From Acidimicrobiales bacterium (GTDB taxonomy: Bacteria > Actinomycetota > Acidimicrobiia > Acidimicrobiales > Poriferisodalaceae): a stretch of DNA of 46,463 nucleotides. Below the pieces are notes generated by a model. It worked only from the letters and a program-made list of their open reading frames with translations. It made no database searches and had not been told where the DNA came from. The translations under genes and the position numbers were made by a program. Where the stretch lies: assembly GCA_034399415.1 (NCBI GenBank), contig DASCSY010000001.1, forward strand, positions 1 to 46,463, written 5' to 3'. Shown piece after piece: positions 1 to 8,799 of this stretch. Within the stretch, counting starts at the first letter, position 1. Each line of letters opens with the position of its first letter.

Positions 1-449
1 TCCATGCGCAGATCCTCGAAACAAAGTGTGATTGAGTCAAGCGAACTATCGGTTGGGGGGTGCCGCCTCAGCAATGCCCGCAATCGAGCCAGCAGTTCAT
101 CAAGGACGAAGGGTTTAGCGAGATAATCGTCGGCACCTGAATCCAGTCCAGCTACTCGATCCTCAGTCTCATGTCGTGCCGTGAGCAAAAGGACTGGGAG
201 TTGTGAACCTTGAGCTCGAAGCCGTTGGCAGACCTCAATCCCCCCCAAGTTCGGCATTGTCACGTCCAACACCATGACGTCGGCTTTCCCATATATTTCC
301 AACGCCTGAAGTCCGTCAGCCGCCATTACGACGTCATACCCTTCTGCTTTAAGAGCTCGCTCTAATGCTCGACGGATTCGCTTGTCGTCATCAACGACAG
401 CAACGACAACACCCGTTAAATCCAGCGAAGGCGTTTGAGAGGGATCCAT
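1..449 (-). CDS. OmpR/PhoB-family response regulator, 3' end runs off the window
   Basis: Absent from the ORF track because it is truncated by the window edge. My reverse-strand translation from the ATG at compl. 447-449 gives MDPSQTPSLDLTGVVVAVVDDDKRIRRALERALKAEGYDVVMAADGLQALEIYGKADVMVLDVTMPNLGGIEVCQRLRAQGSQLPVLLLTARHETEDRVAGLDSGADDYLAKPFVLDELLARLRALLRR. This is a CheY-like receiver pattern (DD...D...T...K), followed by the start of an output domain. Confidence 0.8.
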   Translation of the reverse strand, partial: MDPSQTPSLDLTGVVVAVVDDDKRIRRALERALKAEGYDVVMAADGLQALEIYGKADVMVLDVTMPNLGGIEVCQRLRAQGSQLPVLLLTARHETEDRVAGLDSGADDYLAKPFVLDELLARLRALLRRHPPTDSSLDSITLCFEDLRM

Positions 450-539
450 CAGATATAGATCTACTTCACCAAGATGAACATCGGGTAAGAATCCACCATC
501 ACGGTGTGGTGGTTACCCACTAATAGGATCTCATCCACC

Positions 540-2174
540 ATGACCAAGTCGCGCCGCCAATTTAGGGTCTCCGGTGATCCCGGTCCGACAGCGACCTTTC
601 GTTTGGTCATGTTTGCTGCCCTGATTTTCTCAGCTGTCGCTTGCGCCGAAGACGATGCGACTCTGTTAGCGGAGCCATTAACCATTCCAACTAGCTCCAT
701 TACGACGACATCGTCGGTTGCGCGACGCGTTACCCCAACTTCTACGAGCGCATCATCACCGATTTCTTCAACATCGTTACCGGGACCCACGCAGCCCGCC
801 GTTTCGCAAATCACTACCACGACCGAACCTTACGAGGGTTGGTGGAACCCCCGGAACGTGCAACTTCCCTGGGGCGAAGCCGTCCAGGGGGTCCTGACCT
901 TCCGAGGATCCCCCACGAGATCCTGGTATGGACGCGGCCCTGTGCCGTTGATGCCCGAAGTTTTATGGCGGTTTCCTGAGAGAGAGAATTTGTGTTCGCT
1001 GTCAACGACACAAGGGCGCACCACAACTTGGTGTGGCATCGGGTGGACCGGCCAACCTGCCGTTTGGGAGGTCGGGCCTGAAACGTGGTTGGCCGTTGGC
1101 GCCTACGACCGCGGCATCCACATTCTCGATGCACTGACCGGTAAGCCAAGACTGCAGAAATTTGTGACGGGTGACATCGTCAAGGGGTCTCTCACCGTTG
1201 ACCCGGACGGCTTTCCGTTGCTCTACAGCGGCTCACGCGATGGGAAATTAAGGGTCTTGGCCTTTGATCGGCCCGACCAACTGGTTGAGCTATGGAGTCT
1301 CTCTGGCAACGACGTTGACCCAGTGATGTGGAACGATGATTGGGATGGTGCACCTCTCATCCTTAAAGATCACCTCATCACTGGAGGTGAAAACAGTTGG
1401 TTGCACATTGTTCGTCTGAATCGTCAGCTGGACGGCTCGGGCTTAGTAACAGTGAATCCCGAAATTGTTTTCCAGGCGCCGGGCTGGGACGAAGAACTGC
1501 TGAAAGCTCTGGGCGATAACAACGTTTCGATCGAAAACTCAGTGGCCATCTCTGGCGACACGCTCTGGTTCTCCAATTCCGGTGGTCTAGTACAAGGCTG
1601 GGATCTTGAGCCGTTGCGCCGGGGAGATGTTCCGGTTCGGAATTTTCGATGGTGGATGGGAGATGATGTCGATGCGACCGTCGTGGTGGACGAGGAAGGA
1701 TTCCTCTACGTTGCGGCCGAATATGAGCGCGCAACTCCGCGATCTCGCGAAGTCGGACAGCTTGTCAAACTGAACCCAAATATCCCGGACAACCCTCTGG
1801 TTTGGTCGGTTCACGACGACCGAAGAAGTCCCGGGGGAATTTGGAGTACCCCTGCACTTCATAATGATGTGCTGTACGTCACTACCAACGGTGGGCAGTT
1901 GATGTCTATCGACCGCGACTCCGGAGAAGTGTTGTGGGCCAAACAATTAGAAGGTCCGCTTTGGGGTTCGCCGGTGGTTGTCGACGACATTTTGATAATT
2001 GGTGATTGCGGCGGGTATTTGCGAGCATTTGGGGTTCAAAATCCGCGGATCGAACCAATAGAAATCTGGAGAATCGAGATCGGCGGGTGCATCGAAGCGA
2101 CCCCCACTGTTTGGAACGGGCGCATCTACATCGGCTCCCGCGAGGGTGGACTATTTGCGATCGGCGAGCGCTAA
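540..2174 (+). CDS. PQQ-like beta-propeller repeat protein, probable lipoprotein with a Ser/Thr-rich linker
   Basis: ORF 504..2174. The ATG at 540 gives MTKSRRQF...LVMFAALIFSAVAC, a signal peptide plus a lipobox-like Cys. It is followed by a low-complexity stretch (TSSITTTSSVARRVTPTSTSASSPISSTS). The rest has repeated W/G-rich blades (GGQLMSIDRDSGEVLW, GGYLRAF, GGLFAIG) typical of BamB/PQQ-like propellers. Confidence 0.7.
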   Translation: MTKSRRQFRVSGDPGPTATFRLVMFAALIFSAVACAEDDATLLAEPLTIPTSSITTTSSVARRVTPTSTSASSPISSTSLPGPTQPAVSQITTTTEPYEGWWNPRNVQLPWGEAVQGVLTFRGSPTRSWYGRGPVPLMPEVLWRFPERENLCSLSTTQGRTTTWCGIGWTGQPAVWEVGPETWLAVGAYDRGIHILDALTGKPRLQKFVTGDIVKGSLTVDPDGFPLLYSGSRDGKLRVLAFDRPDQLVELWSLSGNDVDPVMWNDDWDGAPLILKDHLITGGENSWLHIVRLNRQLDGSGLVTVNPEIVFQAPGWDEELLKALGDNNVSIENSVAISGDTLWFSNSGGLVQGWDLEPLRRGDVPVRNFRWWMGDDVDATVVVDEEGFLYVAAEYERATPRSREVGQLVKLNPNIPDNPLVWSVHDDRRSPGGIWSTPALHNDVLYVTTNGGQLMSIDRDSGEVLWAKQLEGPLWGSPVVVDDILIIGDCGGYLRAFGVQNPRIEPIEIWRIEIGGCIEATPTVWNGRIYIGSREGGLFAIGER

Positions 2175-2197
2175 GAGTTCTGTTCTAGGGTGCCGCC

Positions 2198-3268
2198 ATG
2201 GATATAGGTGTCTGCGTCGCGTCACATGTCGGTGACATTGATTATGTCGTCCGTGCAGAAGAACTCGGATACTCACACGCCTGGTTGGCAGACAGTCAAA
2301 TGATTTGGTCCGACTGTTACGCGGCTCTCGCTTTGGTCGCCGATCGAACTTCAACAATAAATATTGGGACCGGTGTCTCAGTGTCGGGTACCCGTCCAGC
2401 GCCCGTAACCGCATCGTCAATAGCAACCATTAATGCTTTGGCACCGGGACGCACATTCCTTGGGATTGGGACGGGGAACACGGCGATGCGGATTATGGGG
2501 CACAAGCCCCAAAGAATTGCTGACTTCGATCAGTATCTACACGCTTTGCGTCCACTTCTGCGAGGCGAAGAAGCTCAACACCAATTCGAGGGGCAGACCA
2601 GCCCTATACGACACATCATGCCCGACAAGGGATTTGTCAATTTCGACGATCCAATTCCGCTCTACGTATCGGGGTTCGGTCCTCGGTCACTGGCGTTAGC
2701 AGGTAAACATGGCGATGGGGCCGTTATGTCCATCCCTCCAGATGCTCAAATCATGGACCGTATGTGGGAAATGATCGAACGAGGAGCGTCTGATTCCGGA
2801 AGGGATTTTGATCGCGACCACTACCTAACGTGCTCTCTGACCACCATCGTCGTACTTGACGAAGGCGAAACCATCGAAAGCCCCCGCGTGAAGGCAGAGG
2901 CCGGAGCAATGGCGATGGCGTCTATTCATTACTCATACGACCAGTACCGACAATATGGTCGACCACCTGGGAGTCGTTTGGCAGATATTTGGGATGACTA
3001 CACGGCCATGCTTTCCGACTACGACGCCGAACGAATCCACCAACGAATCCATGCAGGTCACAACTGTTGGGTCATCCCCGAGGAAGAGCGATTCGTCACC
3101 CCAAAACTGATCGACGCTACCTGCATCGTTGGCACAGCAGATCAGGTCATTGAGCGATTACAACAACTTGAAGAACGCGGCCTTGATCAATTAATGATCC
3201 TCCCAAGTTTCGATCCCCGATACGAAGTGCTTGAACGCGTCGGGAGGGACATAATCCCGCACGTGTAG
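2198..3268 (+). CDS. LLM-class (luciferase-like) flavin/F420-dependent oxidoreductase
   Basis: 356 aa. The N-terminus (MDIGVCV...VVRAEELGYSHAWLADSQ...FLGIGTGN) resembles luciferase-like monooxygenase TIM-barrel family members. Confidence 0.7.
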   Translation: MDIGVCVASHVGDIDYVVRAEELGYSHAWLADSQMIWSDCYAALALVADRTSTINIGTGVSVSGTRPAPVTASSIATINALAPGRTFLGIGTGNTAMRIMGHKPQRIADFDQYLHALRPLLRGEEAQHQFEGQTSPIRHIMPDKGFVNFDDPIPLYVSGFGPRSLALAGKHGDGAVMSIPPDAQIMDRMWEMIERGASDSGRDFDRDHYLTCSLTTIVVLDEGETIESPRVKAEAGAMAMASIHYSYDQYRQYGRPPGSRLADIWDDYTAMLSDYDAERIHQRIHAGHNCWVIPEEERFVTPKLIDATCIVGTADQVIERLQQLEERGLDQLMILPSFDPRYEVLERVGRDIIPHV

Positions 3269-3375
3269 CACGCGATGAGATGTGACCGATATGGCGATTA
3301 GCAGACCTCGCTGTTAGCCTTGAAACTCTTCATTCTCGTGGCGCAATTCGTCACTCCCCCACTCCGAGATTTCTT

Positions 3376-3612
3376 ATGAGCAATGTTTGTCAGGTAACCG
3401 GCCGCAGACCTACTACCGGTTTCACGGTGTCTCACTCTCACCGTCGCAACAAGCGATGGTTTAAGCCGAATATTCAAAAAAAGAAGTTCTATGTGCCGAA
3501 TGAGAAGCGGCACGTGACCTTGATGGTAAGTACAAAGGGCATCAAGATTATTAATAAGCGCGGGATCGAGTCAGTGTTGGCGGACCTTCGTCGACGTGGG
3601 GAGAAAGTCTGA
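3376..3612 (+). CDS. rpmB: 50S ribosomal protein L28
   Basis: 78 aa. [38 protein letters not shown] is the canonical L28 N-terminus. Confidence 0.95.
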   Translation: MSNVCQVTGRRPTTGFTVSHSHRRNKRWFKPNIQKKKFYVPNEKRHVTLMVSTKGIKIINKRGIESVLADLRRRGEKV

Positions 3613-3776
3613 TGGCTAAGAGCGACAAGCGGCCGGTGATAAAGCTCAAATCGACTGCCGACACCGGTTACACGTATTCGACACGGAAGAACAAGACAAA
3701 CACCCGGGAACGAATCGAACTCATGAAATATGACCCGGTAATCCGCAAGCACGTTATTTTCAAAGAGGAACGCTGA
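3612..3776 (+). CDS. rpmG: 50S ribosomal protein L33
   Basis: Too short for the ORF track. The ATG at 3612 overlaps the rpmB TGA (ATGA-type junction). My translation is [54 protein letters not shown] (54 aa), with the TGA at 3774-3776. Confidence 0.9.
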   Translation: MAKSDKRPVIKLKSTADTGYTYSTRKNKTNTRERIELMKYDPVIRKHVIFKEER

Positions 3777-3805
3777 CACACGTTCACTAGGTTCTTGTCC
3801 CCAAG

Positions 3806-5023
3806 ATGATGGATGCGAGACCTGTCGAATTATCGGGGCAGCAGGCCAGAGCGATAGCAATTTCCGCGCAAGGTCTGGGAGGGTCTCTATCTTCCGCGCG
3901 TCCAGATATACGCCACCTTCGGAAGACATTCCGGAGTTTAGGGGTACTTCAAATTGATGCCGTAAATGCGATAGCGCGTTCTCACCTGCTGGTGCTCAGG
4001 TCGCGTCTAGGGGGCTCTCACGACCACCTGCGCGATTTGCTCCATCGATCTGCTTACCAACGACGAGACCTAGCTGAGTACTGGTGCCATGAAGCAAGTT
4101 ATCTGCCTGTTACCGATTGGCCCTTGTTTGCCTGGCGTATGCGCAGAGCCGAGCAAGGTGACTTGTGGAAGGGCATTTGGCGCTTCGCTGTTAAGAACCC
4201 GAACTCCATTTCGCGGGTCGAACAACACGTTGCCGCGAATGGACCAGTAAGCGCGGGCCAACTACAGGAACGGCCTCGCGGTGCAGCCTGGTGGGGGTGG
4301 TCTGATTCAAAAATGGCACTCGAATGGCTCTTTTGGATTGGGAAACTCACAATCAGCCGACGAGAACAATTCACGCGCTACTACGACCTGTCTGAACGTG
4401 TCTTGCCGACATCAGCCTTCGAAAATGCTCCGAGCGAAACTGAAGCTCATCTTGAGCTGTTGCGTCGAGCTGCGGTTCATCTTGGCGTAGCGAGCGCTGA
4501 AGATCTCATCGATTATTACCGATTGCCAAAAATTCTCGGAAAAGAACGAATCAACGAGTTGGTAGAGAACGAAGATCTCTTGCCGGTCCAAGTTCAAGGG
4601 TGGGACCGGACTGGCTACATCCATGCTCAAGCCAGACCCAACATTGGTAACTCTCGATCTGTTCTCGTCAGCCCCTTCGATCCGATTGTCTGGTTTCGCC
4701 CTCGGGCAGAGCGATTATTCGGCTTCAGATACCGCTTAGAGATTTATGTGCCCGCGCCCAAGCGTGTTTACGGGTATTACGTTTTGCCGTTTCTTCACAA
4801 CAACAGTTTGTGCGCGAGGGTCGACGTTAAAGCCGACGTCAAGGCAAGCACCTTGCGGGTTCCCGGAGCTTTCGCTGAGCCCCAGGGCCTGGATGATCTG
4901 GGCGTGGAAGCCTTAGCTAGTGAACTTCGTTCCCTCGCAACTTGGCGAGGCCTCGAATATGTTCACGTGGGTCAGCGCGGCAATCTTGCTCGACGGTTGA
5001 GAAAGGCCCTCAAGGAAAAATGA
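3806..5023 (+). CDS. YcaQ/AlkZ-family winged-helix DNA glycosylase (interstrand crosslink repair type)
   Basis: 405 aa. Blocks LQIDAVNAIARSHLLVL, AEYWCHEASYLP, WWGWSDSK, VSPFDPIVWFRPRAERLFGFRYRLEIYVPAPKRVYGYYVLPFL align by eye with E. coli YcaQ. The QID motif is present. Confidence 0.8.
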   Translation: MMDARPVELSGQQARAIAISAQGLGGSLSSARPDIRHLRKTFRSLGVLQIDAVNAIARSHLLVLRSRLGGSHDHLRDLLHRSAYQRRDLAEYWCHEASYLPVTDWPLFAWRMRRAEQGDLWKGIWRFAVKNPNSISRVEQHVAANGPVSAGQLQERPRGAAWWGWSDSKMALEWLFWIGKLTISRREQFTRYYDLSERVLPTSAFENAPSETEAHLELLRRAAVHLGVASAEDLIDYYRLPKILGKERINELVENEDLLPVQVQGWDRTGYIHAQARPNIGNSRSVLVSPFDPIVWFRPRAERLFGFRYRLEIYVPAPKRVYGYYVLPFLHNNSLCARVDVKADVKASTLRVPGAFAEPQGLDDLGVEALASELRSLATWRGLEYVHVGQRGNLARRLRKALKEK

Positions 5024-5412
5024 AGACACTGTGGCGTGGCTTAACCCTGGCTTGTGGAGTGTGCGGCAGTCGAAATCTTTTCCGCAAATGCCACATATTT
5101 GCGATGGTGGATGACTGTCCACGCTGCGGTCTGCATTTTGAACGCATGGAGGGACACTCACTGGGAGCAGTAGCAGTCAACACGGTGGCGAGTTCAGCGC
5201 TCGTGTTGGTGGTCGTGATCTTCACATTGCTGATAAACGGAACCAAGACAGCCACGTCAACTCTTCTTATGCTCGCCGCTCCCGTCGGGGTGCTGTTCCC
5301 GATTCTGTTTGACTCAGTGTCGCGCACACTATGGAACGCCATCGAGTTGCTGATGCGCCCGCCCCATGCGGGAGAAATACGAGAAGAGTTTCGCCGCTCG
5401 AAGGTTCGTTGA
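5020..5412 (+). CDS. DUF983-like zinc-ribbon membrane protein
   Basis: The ATG at 5020 overlaps the upstream TGA (ATGA). CGVCGS...CPRCG is a four-Cys ribbon, followed by two hydrophobic helices. The longer track ORF from 4942 overlaps the ycaQ-like gene and is less likely. Confidence 0.6.
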   Translation: MKTLWRGLTLACGVCGSRNLFRKCHIFAMVDDCPRCGLHFERMEGHSLGAVAVNTVASSALVLVVVIFTLLINGTKTATSTLLMLAAPVGVLFPILFDSVSRTLWNAIELLMRPPHAGEIREEFRRSKVR

Positions 5413-5495
5413 ATACAACCCAGCGAGTTGCAATACGACACTGCTCACGCCAGACTTCAATTTCTTGCCATTGATTATTAGTGGCAAGCACGGTT

Positions 5496-5570
5496 GGTCC
5501 CGTGGTGAAGTCTGGAGTTCACGCTGGCCTGTCAAGCCAGAGGTCGCGGGTTCAAATCCCGTCGGGACCG
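5496..5570 (+). tRNA. tRNA-Asp (anticodon GTC)
   Basis: Manual cloverleaf: acceptor GGTCCCG/CGGGACC, anticodon stem CTGGC/GCCAG, loop CTGTCAA, T arm GCGGG-TTCAAAT-CCCGT, discriminator G. No encoded CCA. Confidence 0.9.
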
Positions 5571-5571
5571 C

Positions 5572-5644
5572 GGTCGGGTAGCTCAGTTGGCAGAGCGCTC
5601 GCCTGAAAAGCGAGAGGTCACCGGATCGACGCCGGTCCCGACCA
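5572..5644 (+). tRNA. tRNA-Phe (anticodon GAA), unusual T-loop
   Basis: Acceptor GGTCGGG/CCCGACC, D arm GCTC-AGTTGGCA-GAGC, anticodon stem CTCGC/GCGAG, loop CTGAAAA, T arm ACCGG-ATCGACG-CCGGT, discriminator A. No encoded CCA. Confidence 0.85.
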
Positions 5645-5655
5645 CGCTAGAAAGT

Positions 5656-5690
5656 CAGGGGCTTAGAGCCCCTGGCTTTCGGCTCTTTTC
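5656..5690. terminator. Bidirectional intrinsic terminator between the tRNA pair and the malic enzyme gene
   Basis: Stem CAGGGGC (5656-5662), loop TTAGA, stem GCCCCTG (5668-5674), followed by a T-rich GCTTTCGGCTCTTTTC on the plus strand. On the minus strand the same hairpin is followed by ACTTTCT. Confidence 0.5.
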
Positions 5691-5715
5691 GGGAAGCGGG
5701 GGAGCGATTCTTTTG

Positions 5716-7128
5716 TTACAGGTCCCTCGAATGGCGGGCGACACCATCTTCGAAGGCTGCATCGGCCACGGCTCTGGAAACTGCGGGGACTACGGACCGG
5801 TCAAAGGCTGTGGGGATGATCAAATCTGGAGCTAGATCATCGCTTGATACCGCCGCGGCGATAGCACTCGCGGCTGCGATTTTCATACCTTCGGTGATAT
5901 CGCTGGCACCAGCATCGAATGCCCCGCGGAATATCCCAGGGAATGCCAGAACATTGTTGATCTGGTTCGGGTAGTCACTACGACCGGTAGCAACAATTGC
6001 AGCGATGTCGTCAATCGCTTCGGGGAGAATTTCCGGGTCGGGATTTGCCATCGCGAAAACAATCGGTTTATCCGCCATTGCCGCTACGTCATCCCGCGTG
6101 ATCAGTCCGGGACCGCTCACACCCATAAACACGTCGGCACCCACCATCGCGTCAGCAACGGAACCGGTGACGCCGTCAGTGTTTGTGTTGAGCGCCAACC
6201 ACTCTTTCGCGGAGTTCAGTCCATCACGGCCAGGGTAAATAGCTCCTTGCCTGTCACATATGACGACATCTCCGATCCCTCGGCCAAGCAGAATCTTGGC
6301 GCAGGCGACTCCAGCTGCTCCCGCACCCAAAATCACGCATCGAAGATCTTTAAGATCTTTCCCTGTTAAGCGAACAGCGTTCTCTAGAGCTGCCAGAGCT
6401 ACGACTGCGGTGCCATGTTGGTCATCATGAAAGACGGGGATGTCGAGAGCTTCACGCAGGGCCGCTTCGACTTCGAACGCTCCCGGAGCAGCTATGTCTT
6501 CTAGGTTGATGCCACCAAATGTCGGTGCTAATCGAATTACCGTCTCAACAATTTGTTCGGGTGTCTCTACGTCCAGGCAGATGGGGAAGGCATCGACTCC
6601 GGCGAACTCCTTGAACAGCAGTGCCTTACCTTCCATGACGGGCATCGCAGCAGCGGGGCCTATATTTCCGAGACCAAGTACAGCCGTGCCGTCGCTGACG
6701 ATCGCGACTGTGTTCTTTCGTATCGTCAGTTCGTGGGAAGCGGCTTCGTCGGCGTGAATAGCCATGCATACCCGAGCGACCCCGGGGGTGTAAGCCATCG
6801 ACAGGTCGTCCGCGTCGCGCAGCGGGATACGACTGACCGTTTCAAGTTTGCCGCCTTCGTGGATCTTGAAGGTGCGATCCACAGCGGTGATTACCTTGAT
6901 GCCATCTAGCCCGTCGACGGCCGCGCAGATTTCTTCGACGTGCTGTTCGCTGGAGGCGTCAACGACGACCTCTTCGCGTAACGAACCCGCAGTTACGGTA
7001 AAACCGCGCAGACTCCGAATGTTTCCTCCGACGTCGCCAATGGCGGTACATAGTCGACCTAGGGTGCCTGGTTCGTGTGCGAGCTCTACTTCTAATGTGG
7101 CAGAGAAAGCAGCTGTTGGACGCGACAT
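5716..7128 (-). CDS. NAD(P)-dependent malic enzyme with N-terminal ACT domain
   Basis: 470 aa. An N-terminal ~75 aa ACT-like segment is followed by malic enzyme blocks: LSMAYTPGVARVC, VAIVSDGTAVLGLGNIGP, FGGINLEDI, FHDDQHGTAVV, GAGAAG. Confidence 0.85.
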   Translation of the reverse strand: MSRPTAAFSATLEVELAHEPGTLGRLCTAIGDVGGNIRSLRGFTVTAGSLREEVVVDASSEQHVEEICAAVDGLDGIKVITAVDRTFKIHEGGKLETVSRIPLRDADDLSMAYTPGVARVCMAIHADEAASHELTIRKNTVAIVSDGTAVLGLGNIGPAAAMPVMEGKALLFKEFAGVDAFPICLDVETPEQIVETVIRLAPTFGGINLEDIAAPGAFEVEAALREALDIPVFHDDQHGTAVVALAALENAVRLTGKDLKDLRCVILGAGAAGVACAKILLGRGIGDVVICDRQGAIYPGRDGLNSAKEWLALNTNTDGVTGSVADAMVGADVFMGVSGPGLITRDDVAAMADKPIVFAMANPDPEILPEAIDDIAAIVATGRSDYPNQINNVLAFPGIFRGAFDAGASDITEGMKIAAASAIAAAVSSDDLAPDLIIPTAFDRSVVPAVSRAVADAAFEDGVARHSRDL

Positions 7129-7207
7129 GGGGTCTCCTGGCGCAGAGGGAGTCCTTTATTGTGGCGGGACAGGGCGCCGGGACCAAACAGCGGCGCGCCA
7201 TTTGTTT

Positions 7208-7780
7208 TCAGGGACCTTCGTATTCGAACCCTAAGTCGAGCGCTGTCAGCAAGGGGTAGAACTCTATTCCTGCTTGTTTTGCGAGGGCCCCACAGGTTCC
7301 ACCGCGGTCCACTATCGCGATGATCATGACTGGTTCAGCTCCGAACGCTCGAACAACTTCAGCTGCTTCTAGAGGTGATACTCCCCGGGTTACAACGTCC
7401 TCCATGATTGCTACCCGGTCCCCGCGACTTAATGCGCCAGCAACTCTGCCTTCAACGCCATGATCTTTGGCTTCCTTGCGAATGCTGAACGAACGAATCG
7501 GAAGTCCTCGGTCCGCTGCTATTGCTGCCACTCCGTAGGCAACGGGGTCAGCTCCCATTGTCAAGCCGCCTATAGCGTCTAAGTCCTGAATCTCGCTGAG
7601 GATGACATCGGCAACCAATTTGATGCCTTCTGGGCGGCAGGCGGTTTGTTTACCGTCAATAAACCAGTTGCTCCTGCGGCCCGATTTCAATACAAAGTCG
7701 CCTGTCTGCACTGCGTGTGCAAGAACATGGTCTTTGAGGCTTTCCCGATTTGGATCTAACGCTGTCACTCGTTGGCCCAT
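7208..7780 (-). CDS. pyrE: Orotate phosphoribosyltransferase
   Basis: 190 aa. FVLKSGRRSNWFIDGK and the PRPP-binding loop VAIMEDVVTRG. The ATG at 7780 overlaps the purM 3' end by 16 nt. An alternative GTG at 7768 would give a GTGA overlap. Confidence 0.85.
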   Translation of the reverse strand: MGQRVTALDPNRESLKDHVLAHAVQTGDFVLKSGRRSNWFIDGKQTACRPEGIKLVADVILSEIQDLDAIGGLTMGADPVAYGVAAIAADRGLPIRSFSIRKEAKDHGVEGRVAGALSRGDRVAIMEDVVTRGVSPLEAAEVVRAFGAEPVMIIAIVDRGGTCGALAKQAGIEFYPLLTALDLGFEYEGP

Positions 7781-8799
7781 TGCACTTCACCATCGCCCAT
7801 CATGACCTCTCCTATTTCCCAAGCCTCATGCCCATTTCGGGCAGCGATTTCGATGGTCCCGCTGCTCTGGTCTGCTGGCACGACAATGACCATTCCGATT
7901 CCTAGGTTAAATACCTTTTGCATTTCTTCTTCAGACACCGGACCTTGCGCAGCGATCCGGTCGAAGATTTCGGGGGTCCGCCAGCGGGTGGGGTGAAGGA
8001 GTATCCCAACATCACTTTCAATTATTCGCGTGAGGTTCCCGGCTAGGCCCCCTCCTGTTATATGCGCTGCTCCATGCACCTCAAATTCGTCAAATACTTC
8101 TAACACGGTGGGCGCATAAATTACCGAGGGTCGGAGCAACTCTTCGCCAAGGGAGGTTTCGGCTCCAACCCAAGCGGGTTGATCGAGCGGAAGACCGTCA
8201 AGAAGAACTTTGCGGGCAAGGCTGTACCCGTTGCAGCGCAACCCGGGTGACGCGAGACCAATTAGCACATCGCCTTCACAGACAGAAGATTTGGACGGGA
8301 TGTCTGCGTGTTCTACTACCCCGACGGCAAAACCGGAGAGGTCAAAGTCGTCGTCGCCCATAAGGTCTGGATGTTCAGCGATTTCTCCTCCGGTGAGGGC
8401 ACATCCTGCTTGACGACAACCTTCGGCAAATCCCATGACCAACTGTTCAATGCGTTCGGGGTCAACTTTGCCCGTGGTTATCTGATCTAGGAAAAAGAGC
8501 GGTTCTGCCCCTGACGTTACGATGTCGTCAACGCACATAGCCACAACATCTATGCCGATCGTGTCATACCGATCCAGCGCCTTGGCGACCAGTGGTTTTG
8601 TTCCAGCTCCGTCATTGCCTGCGACAAGCACCGGTTCTGTGTATCCATCTGGTATTGCCACTAGGGAACCGAACCCGCCTACGTCGCTGAGAACTTCTGG
8701 TCTGAAGGTTGACCGAACATGCCGAGCGAGCCGCCGCACAGCTTCGTCAGCTAGGTCAATATCAACCCCAGCGTCTGAATAGGTAACTTCTGAGGTCAT
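7765..8799 (-). CDS. purM: Phosphoribosylformylglycinamidine cyclo-ligase (AIR synthetase)
   Basis: 344 aa. YSDAGVDID, GGFG, DGAGTK, MCVDDIV and HITGGG motifs. Confidence 0.95.
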   Translation of the reverse strand: MTSEVTYSDAGVDIDLADEAVRRLARHVRSTFRPEVLSDVGGFGSLVAIPDGYTEPVLVAGNDGAGTKPLVAKALDRYDTIGIDVVAMCVDDIVTSGAEPLFFLDQITTGKVDPERIEQLVMGFAEGCRQAGCALTGGEIAEHPDLMGDDDFDLSGFAVGVVEHADIPSKSSVCEGDVLIGLASPGLRCNGYSLARKVLLDGLPLDQPAWVGAETSLGEELLRPSVIYAPTVLEVFDEFEVHGAAHITGGGLAGNLTRIIESDVGILLHPTRWRTPEIFDRIAAQGPVSEEEMQKVFNLGIGMVIVVPADQSSGTIEIAARNGHEAWEIGEVMMGDGEVQWANE

